64,000 nt of DNA, from NCBI GenBank assembly GCA_963932905.1, contig CAWVRN010000001.1:480001-544000 (forward strand). The letters run 5' to 3'. Positions 22,678 through 31,672 of the stretch are shown here, piece by piece. The notes under the pieces were generated by a model that ran no database searches, had not been told where the DNA came from, and saw nothing but the letters and a program-made list of their open reading frames with translations. Every line of letters begins with the position of its first letter. The stretch's first letter is position 1. Origin of the DNA: an uncultured Bdellovibrio sp. GTDB taxonomy: Bacteria > Bdellovibrionota > Bdellovibrionia > Bdellovibrionales > Bdellovibrionaceae. Made by a program: the position numbers and the translations under genes.

Positions 22678-23271
22678 ATGAAAATGAGTATTCTATTTTT
22701 ATTAGCGCTATCATTATTTATCACAAATTGTGGACCTAAGGCGTTCGTAAAAGGTCAGTACGATGATGTTCAAAGAGAAAATCTACTGAACGATCAATGG
22801 TCCGAAACTGACATGCAAAATGCAGTGAAAGATTTAGTTGCTAGTTTAGTTAGTCATCCCTCAATCGCAAATGCGAAAACACCCCCAGTGGTGATGGTGA
22901 CTCAGCTACAAAATAAAACAAGCGAGCACATTGATACGCAAAGTATTATGGATATGTTCCGGGTCGAGTTAATGAATTCAGGCAAAGTAGAATTTATCGA
23001 TAAAGAAGCTCGTCAAGATATCAAAGATGAATATGACTACCAAAATTCTGGCGTAGTTTCTGAGGAATCTAAAAAGGGACCTGGCGGCCAAATCGGTGCT
23101 GATTTTATTGTTAATGGTCGTATGGATTCGATCGTTCAAGAAGTAGGCAAAGATAAAACTGTTTATTACAAAATGACGATGAATTTGACGAACCTAAAAA
23201 CATCTAAAATGGTTTGGTCAAACTACAAACAAATGAGAAAACAATTTAAAAAGAAATCTGTTGGTTTATAA
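22678..23271 (+). CDS. lpoB: Penicillin-binding protein activator LpoB-family lipoprotein
   Basis: Lipobox ITNC; WSETD, QNKTSEHIDT, GADF, YYKMTMNL. Confidence 0.8.
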   Translation: MKMSILFLLALSLFITNCGPKAFVKGQYDDVQRENLLNDQWSETDMQNAVKDLVASLVSHPSIANAKTPPVVMVTQLQNKTSEHIDTQSIMDMFRVELMNSGKVEFIDKEARQDIKDEYDYQNSGVVSEESKKGPGGQIGADFIVNGRMDSIVQEVGKDKTVYYKMTMNLTNLKTSKMVWSNYKQMRKQFKKKSVGL

Positions 23272-23302
23272 TTAACAGCTGTTCTAACCGGCAAGCAACT
23301 AT

Positions 23303-24559
23303 ATGAAAAAAATCAAATTCACTTTGAAATCTTCAGCAATAGTTGCTTGCTTGCTATTTACTGCTTGCGCTACTTATCAAAGTAAAGTTTTTAAAAGTCG
23401 ACAACTAGTAGAATCTGGCCAAGTTTCTGAAGCCACCCAACAATTAAAAATATTAGCGGATCAAGAAAGTGACGATCAATTGATTTACACTTTAGATTAT
23501 GCGACTTTGCTGCAGTACTCGGGTGATCTTAAACAAAGTAATAATTATTTTTTCAATGCTTTGAAACTAATAGATAAGTTTGATTATCAGTCTATAAGTC
23601 GCGTGACTGGGTCGTTGTTATTTAACGAAGAAATGGTTCAGTACAAGGGTGATACATTCGAAAAAATCTTCGTAAATGCCTATCTAGCATTGAATTTCTT
23701 GGAACTGAATGATTTGGATGCGGCACTAGTGGAAACTCGTAGAATTAACGAAAAATATCAAAAATATCGTCAGGAAGAAAAAAAGAATTTCGAAATGAAT
23801 TCTTTTGCCACTTACTTGTCAGCCATGATTTGGGAAGCCGATGGAAAATATGATGATGCGTACATCGCCTACAAAGACGCGTATAAAATTGATAGAAATA
23901 TTGGTTTGATTGATGATGATTTAATTCGTACGGCGAAAAAATCGCAGCGAATGGATGACTATAGAAAACTAAAAATGGACTTCCCAAATGTAAAAGAAGA
24001 TCCAAGTTGGTATGATAAATCGATGGGTGAAGTGATAGTGATTTTCCAAAACGGTTGGGGGGCAAGGAAAGATTTTAATCCCCATAGCCCTCGATTTCCG
24101 ATTTTAAGATCGGTTCCCGCGGAAAGTCGAAACGCCAGAATCAGTTTGGATCCAGTCGATAAAACAGGATCGCACTATCTAGGACAAACCGAATTCATAT
24201 ACAGCGTCGATGAAGCGGCGATCAAAACATTACTAGAAGACCAAGGTTCCCTTGCGGCGCGAAGAATAGGCGGAATCGTGGCGAAAGAAGTCGCTGCCGA
24301 TCAGATTCGGCAAAAAAACGAACTCCTAGGTTTCGTAGCGGCCGTTGCCATGCACGCCTCTGATAGAGCGGATCTAAGGCAATGGTCGTTTTTACCAAAA
24401 GAATTCCAAATGGTAAGAATCCGCGTAAAACCGGGTAAATACAAAGTCAGACTGACCACGCAAAATCGTTACAGCGAAACTGCTGGTAACAGCATTCTAG
24501 AGAAAGAAATCGATATCCGCGCAGGAAAAACTCGCTTCATAAATTGGCGTCAATTCTAA
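23303..24559 (+). CDS. COG3014-like TPR lipoprotein
   Basis: Lipobox TAC; YKGDTFE, ALVETRR, RADLRQWSFLP; adjacent to lpoB. Confidence 0.7.
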   Translation: MKKIKFTLKSSAIVACLLFTACATYQSKVFKSRQLVESGQVSEATQQLKILADQESDDQLIYTLDYATLLQYSGDLKQSNNYFFNALKLIDKFDYQSISRVTGSLLFNEEMVQYKGDTFEKIFVNAYLALNFLELNDLDAALVETRRINEKYQKYRQEEKKNFEMNSFATYLSAMIWEADGKYDDAYIAYKDAYKIDRNIGLIDDDLIRTAKKSQRMDDYRKLKMDFPNVKEDPSWYDKSMGEVIVIFQNGWGARKDFNPHSPRFPILRSVPAESRNARISLDPVDKTGSHYLGQTEFIYSVDEAAIKTLLEDQGSLAARRIGGIVAKEVAADQIRQKNELLGFVAAVAMHASDRADLRQWSFLPKEFQMVRIRVKPGKYKVRLTTQNRYSETAGNSILEKEIDIRAGKTRFINWRQF

Positions 24560-24688
24560 TTGGTCAAAATCTGCGTTCTTTTACAATCACCATAAATTAG
24601 TTTAGGGTGATTCCATTTTAATTCATTAATCAGGACTTTTTTCCAATATTTAGTATCAAAGTCTAATCCAGAAAACTTGAACCCAGAC

Positions 24689-24715
24689 TTAACTATCTGC
24701 TTAATCAGCCGAACT
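24689..24715 (+). promoter_or_regulatory. Possible sigma28-type promoter
   Basis: TTAA-N15-GCCGAACT. Confidence 0.5.
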
Positions 24716-24753
24716 AATAGCGTATTAGTTTAATTTTTATTTTTGGAGGCCCA

Positions 24754-25986
24754 ATGAATAGCAGCACTAGTTGGCAGCAATGCAAACGAATCATCGCGAT
24801 ACTGATGACAATCACGTTGATCGCTGGTTGCGGAAAAGAAGCGGAAGACGATACCAGCTCGAGCTCTTCTACTTCATCAGGGAATAATCCTACTTTGGGA
24901 GTAGTGCAAGACGACGCTTTTTATGTACGAGTTTTTGACGAAGAGAAGTTTCCTTACTACATGAGTAAGCTGGGCGATTTCAATACGAAATGCGCAATTG
25001 CCTCCGGGTCATCAGCGCAAAATTTGGATTGCGTACTTGATATGAACGAATTAGATCTTTACTTCCATGGTGTTTCGTTTCAGTACAACGTTCCAAGTGG
25101 CATGTGCAGTTACTTTTCGCGATCCACGTACTGGTATTATAACTACGAGGTTGGCTATGGACCTAGTACCTTTGTTCGCAATGAAACTAAAGATGCCAGT
25201 GGTAATTTAGTAAGTAGCTCTTGTGTTATCGACGGTGTAACTCAAGCCGGCTGTTCCAATTCTGAGTCTTCTTATGGAACTGATGGTCCTTCCTGTATTT
25301 ATAACTATACAGCATCTGGTGGTCCAAATTGCTGTATGGGTAGCTACACCAAAACTGTTAACACAACGACTCCGTCAGGCACCACATCGACTTCAGAAGT
25401 TTTAGGTTGGGGTGGTAATTACGCTGGGTGTATTGGTGGCGCCGGTAAAACAAATTGGACTGAACTTGACAAAGTGGGTAAGCCGGTCGGTGTAATTGAA
25501 TATACCCCGTCAACAGGTCTCAACCAAAAATACGATGTCACCGGACCTCAGTTTAAATCGAATACTGGTTTAAACATTCCAATCGCAAATTTTTACACCG
25601 CAAGCAAACACACCCATGGTGCCTATGTCGGCTCTACGACATCGTCCTATCCATATATTGTCGACCCCATCGATGATAGGAGTGGAAGTCCTTTACCATC
25701 AGGTAACCCAGCCTACACGTGGACTTGTTATGACAGAAATCTAGAGATAGTTAATCGAATTCGGGTTTATATTCGTGAATGGAATACCAATAAAGAATTT
25801 GTTAAATACGGAACTACCAGCGGAGCCTCAGGAGATCCAGACATTTCGGGCTTTGAGGGAACCGAATGTGATTATACAAGTTCAATGGGTGGCCGATGTA
25901 ATGACAGGACTGACTTAGACGATAATACTTTTACTAACTACAATTCAACCACGAAACCTTTGTTATTTCCTAACGAAGAATACTAA
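24754..25986 (+). CDS. Cys/Ser/Thr/Gly-rich lipoprotein of unknown function
   Basis: Lipobox IAGC, Ser-rich linker, many cysteines, GGAGG RBS. Confidence 0.75.
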   Translation: MNSSTSWQQCKRIIAILMTITLIAGCGKEAEDDTSSSSSTSSGNNPTLGVVQDDAFYVRVFDEEKFPYYMSKLGDFNTKCAIASGSSAQNLDCVLDMNELDLYFHGVSFQYNVPSGMCSYFSRSTYWYYNYEVGYGPSTFVRNETKDASGNLVSSSCVIDGVTQAGCSNSESSYGTDGPSCIYNYTASGGPNCCMGSYTKTVNTTTPSGTTSTSEVLGWGGNYAGCIGGAGKTNWTELDKVGKPVGVIEYTPSTGLNQKYDVTGPQFKSNTGLNIPIANFYTASKHTHGAYVGSTTSSYPYIVDPIDDRSGSPLPSGNPAYTWTCYDRNLEIVNRIRVYIREWNTNKEFVKYGTTSGASGDPDISGFEGTECDYTSSMGGRCNDRTDLDDNTFTNYNSTTKPLLFPNEEY

Positions 25987-25990
25987 TTCA

Positions 25991-26020
25991 TAGAATTCTC
26001 TTCGTCCGAAGAGAATTCTA
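25991..26020. terminator. Hairpin between convergent genes
   Basis: TAGAATTCTCTTCG-TC-CGAAGAGAATTCTA 14-bp inverted repeat. Confidence 0.7.
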
Positions 26021-26866
26021 TTTCGTAACTCCGCTACTCATGCTGATTTCCATATAGAAATCTCCCGCTTCCGATTTGAATGGCAGTATAATCGAACCCT
26101 GATCGTTCAAGTGTGAAACCGACAAATCTTTTGCGCGAACAATGGCGGGAATGGCTTTCTCGAAAGAATGGCCATTTTCATTCAAGACTCTCTTCGCATG
26201 ACCGAAAATCATATTCAGGATTTCGCCGGCGCCATCTTCTAGATCCTTAGTGATTTCTTTGTAATCTTCGCTCAGCATTTTCGACATGATAAAGAGAAAT
26301 ACTTTTGAGGGAAAACAGATCGAGATATTTCCATTGAAGGCTTTGCTTGTGATCCCAATGACTCCTAAAATATCGATCGATGGTAATTTAGTATCTTTGG
26401 TTTTTAATAGTGGTTTATCGATTGTTACCGTCACCTGGCACTGAACATCTAGAGTTTTGATCGCACCTTCGATAAAGGGATTGATGAACGAGACATCGAG
26501 TTTAGATCCGCCACCTCCGGCTTTGGGCGCAGAACCCGCTCTCTGAGGAACTTCCGAGATGGACTCAACCAGTTTTAAAACATTATCCATTCCTTCAGAC
26601 TTAATCAGAGTCGTCGTGGCTTTTAATCCGGTTAGTACATACATTTGAAATTTTGGTTTTTTTTGCGAGAGGGCGAGTTGGGTAAGAACTTTAAAACCCT
26701 TGTAACTGACATGTTGATCGTCAGTATTTAATACGATCGCCTCTAATTTTTCATTTTTTTCCATTTCGCTTTTAACGTCAGCGGCTATGGATTCCGCAAA
26801 TTCTTGCGTTATTTCTTCTACCATGTCGTAAACGATCGACTTTTCATCCTTGTTCTTTGTAAACAT
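26018..26866 (-). CDS. cheX: CheX-family phosphatase with N-terminal STAS-like domain
   Basis: FINPFIEG, DILGVIGITS, DGAGEILNMIFG (ExxN), IPAIV. Confidence 0.8.
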   Translation of the reverse strand: MFTKNKDEKSIVYDMVEEITQEFAESIAADVKSEMEKNEKLEAIVLNTDDQHVSYKGFKVLTQLALSQKKPKFQMYVLTGLKATTTLIKSEGMDNVLKLVESISEVPQRAGSAPKAGGGGSKLDVSFINPFIEGAIKTLDVQCQVTVTIDKPLLKTKDTKLPSIDILGVIGITSKAFNGNISICFPSKVFLFIMSKMLSEDYKEITKDLEDGAGEILNMIFGHAKRVLNENGHSFEKAIPAIVRAKDLSVSHLNDQGSIILPFKSEAGDFYMEISMSSGVTK

Positions 26867-27003
26867 AGATTCGCTCCATCAACATCAACTTTGTGTGCCT
26901 GCAGTGATAAGCTTTTCATGTTGTAGAATAGAATCAATTGAGAAATTAAAGGCTAGCCTTAGAGTGGGCAGAGTTTTTGACTAACTCCTCAAGAAATCTG
27001 GAC

Positions 27004-27030
27004 AAAAAAAAGGACCCAGAGGGTCCTTTT
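27004..27030 (-). terminator. Intrinsic terminator of the PhaR-like gene
   Basis: AAAAAAAAGGACCC-AGA-GGGTCCTTTT; U8 tract on minus strand. Confidence 0.8.
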
Positions 27031-27082
27031 ATCGAAAACTTAAGTTTCATCTACCAGCCTAGTATTGAGCCAGGCTGCTTGG

Positions 27083-27132
27083 TTGCATTCTAGCTTAGCT
27101 AGGCTGACTAATTTGCATTCTAGCTTAGCTAG
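27083..27132. repeat. Two exact 20-bp direct repeats, 30-bp period
   Basis: TTGCATTCTAGCTTAGCTAG at 27083-27102 and 27113-27132. Confidence 0.9.
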
Positions 27133-27724
27133 AATGTGGAAGCTGATTTAAGTTAGGATTGTGGGTTGGTAAATTGGGAGTTTCTTCTTCTTGTGAAGCA
27201 CCTGATAGAACTGTCGCTTTTTCAGCTGCGATTTTTACAGTTGTATCTGGATTGTAGCGTGTCGCTGCGTTCACAATTCTGTTTTCTAGATTGTTTTTGA
27301 TCTCTTCAGTAGCCAACTTTTCGATTAATTGTTGGTTCTGAGCTTGTTTCGTCATGTAATCTTGAGGAAACGCGCCTAGTTTTGCTAGGTAGCTAGAGAT
27401 GCTGCCGTTTGCATTTTGGATAATTTCGCGAAGTGTGAAAAGTGGAGCATATTGAGCTGACTTTTTCTCTGCTTCGAAAATGATCTGAGTTAACGTTGCG
27501 GCTGTGATGTCGTTTTTAGATTTGTTATCAATAACCATCACTTCTTCATTTGTGCGGATCATTTTAGCGATATCATCTAAAGTAACATAACAACTTTGTT
27601 GTGTGTCGTATAACTTACGATTTTGGTATCTTTTGATGATCTTAACTTTTGAGTTTGGTTTAGATAACCCTAAAGTTGATGTAGTGCTCATTGGAGCCTG
27701 GGTAGAATCGTTTTGACTGATCAT
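27125..27724 (-). CDS. PhaR-like protein with PHB-accumulation regulator N-terminal DNA-binding domain
   Basis: IIKRYQNRKLYDTQQSCYVTLDDI...VIDNKSKNDITAATLTQII. Confidence 0.85.
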   Translation of the reverse strand: MISQNDSTQAPMSTTSTLGLSKPNSKVKIIKRYQNRKLYDTQQSCYVTLDDIAKMIRTNEEVMVIDNKSKNDITAATLTQIIFEAEKKSAQYAPLFTLREIIQNANGSISSYLAKLGAFPQDYMTKQAQNQQLIEKLATEEIKNNLENRIVNAATRYNPDTTVKIAAEKATVLSGASQEEETPNLPTHNPNLNQLPHSS

Positions 27725-27932
27725 TTTGCCTCCCTTGGAAAAACCCCTTCAAATCAAATTGATAGGTAGGTTCGTATGACAAGGCGCAAACTAGCCGTGC
27801 CGCATAGGGCTGTCAAGCAATGTTGAAAAAAAAGTCACATATGCGCCGCAGAAATCTTTAATTAAGACCGGTTTTAAAGGGTTTTAGGTTAGAAAACTCG
27901 ATCTTTTTTTAAATTATTTTAGTTCTGGGGCT

Positions 27933-27959
27933 TAAGTCTTACAGACGTTCATCCGAAAT
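27933..27959 (+). promoter_or_regulatory. Possible sigma28-type promoter
   Basis: TAAG-N15-TCCGAAAT. Confidence 0.45.
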
Positions 27960-27993
27960 AGAGAGTGTCGCCTAACTATTATCGGAGTGTTTA

Positions 27994-28419
27994 GTGAAAA
28001 CCAATGAAAATCAACAGCTTACAGGTTGGGATCTGGTAACATTGTTATCTTTGATCGTGTTAACTCTGGTTAGTTACGGCAGTTATTCAAGACATATTTT
28101 CAGTTCAGAAAATATTTCATCGGATCAAATCAAAGCCGAGATTTTGGCCTATCAAGCGGCCCAGATTTTTCTGTTAAGAAATGTCGAGAAAAAGACCTCA
28201 CAGTCCAGAAACATCGCCTCGGAAAGTAGCTCTTCGGTCGTAACGTTGGGTGAAGACGCTAGTGGCAAGCCATATAAATTTCAAGTTGTTCAGGACGGTA
28301 GGGATAACTACCGCGTGCTTTTATCCAACGAAACCGAGTCCGCCAATGACGGTTTGAAATCAGACGTCGAGATAAAAATCGACCTGTCAAAATCCCCGGA
28401 AATTGAGCCAGCGACCTAG
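27994..28419 (+). CDS. Small membrane-anchored protein, weakly pilin-like N-terminus
   Basis: GWDLVTLLSLIVLTLV hydrophobic helix; GGAG RBS; GTG start. Confidence 0.55.
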   Translation: MKTNENQQLTGWDLVTLLSLIVLTLVSYGSYSRHIFSSENISSDQIKAEILAYQAAQIFLLRNVEKKTSQSRNIASESSSSVVTLGEDASGKPYKFQVVQDGRDNYRVLLSNETESANDGLKSDVEIKIDLSKSPEIEPAT

Positions 28420-28441
28420 GTCCATTTTTTCCCATTTTATT

Positions 28442-28468
28442 CAAGCAATGTCTCACCAGCGCCGAAGT
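28442..28468 (+). promoter_or_regulatory. Possible sigma28-type promoter
   Basis: CAAG-N15-GCCGAAGT. Confidence 0.5.
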
Positions 28469-28486
28469 GTCTCATAGAGGTGCTAC

Positions 28487-30322
28487 ATGTTTAAGCGAAT
28501 ACTAGAGACAACAATTCTAAGCTTAGCAATTTTGATCTCTAGCTGTGCACATAAGGGAAGTTCATCGGATGGTTCCTACTACAAAGAGTCTTCTTATCGT
28601 GATGGTAATACGGCTCCCAAACAGTTTACACCGCCAGCGTTGTTAACAGAATCAGATAAAATGGATCCATTCTATGTGCGAACTCAAGCGGATTATCATT
28701 ACTCATTAGGTGAAGCGTACTCTTTGGAAGGTCAAACTCAGAAGGCGGTTGAGTCATTTCAGACCGTGTTAGTTTACGATGCGAATTCATCCAGTGTGAG
28801 AACGCGTTTAGCGAAAGAGTATCTGAAACTTGGACAAATCAACAAATCGATCGAGCAAGTTAAATTTGTCATAGAAAAAAACGGTGATAACAAAGATGCA
28901 CGATTATTATTGGCTGGTTTGTACACTACAATTCGTTCCTACCCACAAGCGATTGAACAATACGAATTTGTTTTAAATAAATACCCTGACTACTACGAAG
29001 CTAATATTTACTTAGCGGCAGTGTATTCGGAAACTCAGCAGTACGAAAAATCAGTGAAATTGTTTGAAAAAGTATTGGTTTTACCAGACTACGCAAACAA
29101 GCACCTGATTCACTATTACATTGGTAGAATCCGCGAGGAAGAAAATGCAGAGAAGAATTTTAAATTAGCGGAACAAAGCTATAAAAAATCAATGGAATTG
29201 AAACCAGAATTCGTGGACGCCGTGATAGCACTGGGTGCTTTGTATAAAAACCAAAAGCAAGATGCCAAAGCGATGGCTTTATATCAATCATTCCAAAAGA
29301 CTAAAGGGCCTAATGTTAAAATTGCAGAAATATTGTCACAAATGTACATCGAGCAACAAAAATTCGATGAAGCGTTTGAACAATTAGAAGTGTTAGAAGC
29401 GCAAACGGACGATCCGTTGGCAATCAAAGTAAGAATGGCACTTATCCTGATCGAAAAGAAAATGTTCGATCGAGCGATTGGGAAATTGGAAGAGATTCTA
29501 AGAATTGCGCCAGAGTCTGATAAAATTCGTTTCTACTTAGCGGCGGTTTACGAAGAAACTAAGAAAGATGAAATGGCGGTTAACCATTATCTGAAAATTC
29601 AACCTTCAAGTCCTTTCTATGGCGAATCAATGGTTCACGCTGGCTATTTATTAAAAAATATAGGTCAGCTGGATAAAGCCGTAACCGTATTGGCCAAAGC
29701 CTACGAAAATAAAAAGGACTATCCACAAATCTATGCGATGTATGCCTCGTTGTTGGATGAAGCTAAGGACTATAAAAAAGCACTTGAAGTTTTAGGTGTT
29801 GGTTTAGAGAAATACCCAGACAATGCTCAATTACATTTTTACTATGGAACTATTTATGATCGTACGGGTGATAAAGAAAAAGTTATCGCAAATATGCAGA
29901 AGGTGATCGAACTAGATCCAAATCATTCGCAAGGTTTGAATTATTTAGCATTCACTTGGGCAGAAATGGATAAAAATATGGACGAAGCGGAAAAATTAGC
30001 TCGCAGGGCGGTTACGCTGGATCCAGAAGATGGTTACATATTAGATACGCTAGGATGGATTCTGTTCAAGCGTGGTAACAAAAAAGAAGCGTTGAAGTTT
30101 CTTGAAGCCGCTAGCAAATTTCAACCAACTGTGGGAATTATTGCGGAACATTTAGGTGATATTTACCGTGATCTTTCAATGGTTGAAAAAGCTAAATCGA
30201 TGTATAAAAAGGCATTTGATTTAGAAATCGATAAAAAGAAAGCCAAAGAATTGGAGCAGAAAATTCTAGCGATCGAAAATCAAGCCGTTCCAGAGCGTAC
30301 TCCGGCCAGTATAGGGAAATAG
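28487..30322 (+). CDS. TPR-repeat lipoprotein
   Basis: Lipobox ISSC; many TPRs; LNYLAFTWAE...YILDTLGW...IAEHLGD. Confidence 0.9.
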   Translation: MFKRILETTILSLAILISSCAHKGSSSDGSYYKESSYRDGNTAPKQFTPPALLTESDKMDPFYVRTQADYHYSLGEAYSLEGQTQKAVESFQTVLVYDANSSSVRTRLAKEYLKLGQINKSIEQVKFVIEKNGDNKDARLLLAGLYTTIRSYPQAIEQYEFVLNKYPDYYEANIYLAAVYSETQQYEKSVKLFEKVLVLPDYANKHLIHYYIGRIREEENAEKNFKLAEQSYKKSMELKPEFVDAVIALGALYKNQKQDAKAMALYQSFQKTKGPNVKIAEILSQMYIEQQKFDEAFEQLEVLEAQTDDPLAIKVRMALILIEKKMFDRAIGKLEEILRIAPESDKIRFYLAAVYEETKKDEMAVNHYLKIQPSSPFYGESMVHAGYLLKNIGQLDKAVTVLAKAYENKKDYPQIYAMYASLLDEAKDYKKALEVLGVGLEKYPDNAQLHFYYGTIYDRTGDKEKVIANMQKVIELDPNHSQGLNYLAFTWAEMDKNMDEAEKLARRAVTLDPEDGYILDTLGWILFKRGNKKEALKFLEAASKFQPTVGIIAEHLGDIYRDLSMVEKAKSMYKKAFDLEIDKKKAKELEQKILAIENQAVPERTPASIGK

Positions 30323-30434
30323 TCCCCGCTGCCGTTCAGTTTCAAAAATAACGAAACAATTTGTCTTATATATTAAGGATAGGTTGTTTCTTTTTTCTTG
30401 TTAAGATCGCAGATTGCTGAGTATTCTTTGAGCC

Positions 30435-31070
30435 ATGATGAAATGGTTTTCAATATTGATTCTAGTGTTGCCTCTATTAAATATTAGCTGTGCAATGAAA
30501 ATGAAAAAAGACGGTTCTGATTCTTTAGGCGGTGATGAGCTTAAAGGAACGCCGATGAGTTGGGAAACCAAAGCCGCAATTCGGGACATTCGAAAAAACA
30601 AAACCAATCAAGTAACTATCGATATGGTTGCGATTAAAAATCAAAAATTGCGGTTGGAAGCTTCAGCTACATTGGGTTATCAAGTTGGTTCATTAGTTAT
30701 GAGTCCAAATGAATTTATCGCGGTGATTTATCCGCATAAGAAAATTTTTAAGGGCCCACTGAATGAACGCAGTTTGGCCAAGACATTTAATATTCCAATT
30801 CCGCCAACGGCTTTGTATGCTATTGCTTATGACGAGCCCATTCGTGGTTGGAAATGCCAGTTTGATGCGAACAAAGTTGTCAGTTTATGTGACGGCGGAG
30901 TTTCTAAAGTGGAATGGTTGAACAGGAAAGAAGGCTCCAAGCTGATTAAAATTTCGTCGGCGACAATTGAAATAACGTGGTTTTTCAAAGCGCCAGAGCC
31001 TAAAGAGTTAACTCCGGAATTATTTGTGGCTGAATTACCTAACGGTTATCAAGTTCAAGAACTTAAATAG
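30435..31070 (+). CDS. LolB-like lipoprotein
   Basis: Lipobox ISC, LRLEASATLG, FNIPIPPTAL; follows the TPR gene as in the usual TPR-lolB synteny. Confidence 0.5.
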   Translation: MMKWFSILILVLPLLNISCAMKMKKDGSDSLGGDELKGTPMSWETKAAIRDIRKNKTNQVTIDMVAIKNQKLRLEASATLGYQVGSLVMSPNEFIAVIYPHKKIFKGPLNERSLAKTFNIPIPPTALYAIAYDEPIRGWKCQFDANKVVSLCDGGVSKVEWLNRKEGSKLIKISSATIEITWFFKAPEPKELTPELFVAELPNGYQVQELK

Positions 31071-31074
31071 TTTT

Positions 31075-31422
31075 CTAAGTTCGTTTTCTTTTCTTAAGAA
31101 AATTAAATAGAAATTTCAGAGTGGGCCAAAACACGATTGCCACCAACGCCCAGCCTGCAGTAACTCCAATTGAGGCTCCCGGCGTTCCTCCTAAATAAGC
31201 AATGCCCATCCCAATCACTGGCATTGGGAAAACGAACATAAAAAACAAGCTCAAAGCCGCCAATATTCCACATTGTATGTAGGGAATTGTCGCGGGGGTT
31301 GTTTTACGCCACCATTGAAATGCAAAGATGAGTGGAATCAGCATTCCGATAATCAATGTCGATATAAACTGAGCCGAAAAGACAGCTGCTGGAGTCCAAG
31401 TCATCATTATACTCTCGACCAT
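31075..31422 (-). CDS. Small membrane protein
   Basis: About three hydrophobic helices, basic C-terminus. Confidence 0.6.
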   Translation of the reverse strand: MVESIMMTWTPAAVFSAQFISTLIIGMLIPLIFAFQWWRKTTPATIPYIQCGILAALSLFFMFVFPMPVIGMGIAYLGGTPGASIGVTAGWALVAIVFWPTLKFLFNFLKKRKRT

Positions 31423-31672
31423 ATCGTTATTAGTTGTAAGCTAAATCGCATATGTTCATTCTAAAAACGATTTCAGTTACATAAGTCAAAGTTATACAAA
31501 AGATAAAAATCTCATTTAGACTCGACCAAGGGTTGGCTAAAATCAAATAATTGTGAAATTTCATTTATCAATTACTAACCTAAATCAAGTTTGGCATAAT
31601 CTAAGTATAGAACCACTAGCAGCCATTTATCGAATGGTTGCCTGTTGTTCATTTGAATCCAGGGAGTGATTT

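Noticed and set aside
27083..27132. CRISPR-like repeat
   Set aside because: Only two 20-bp units with a 10-bp spacer and no cas genes
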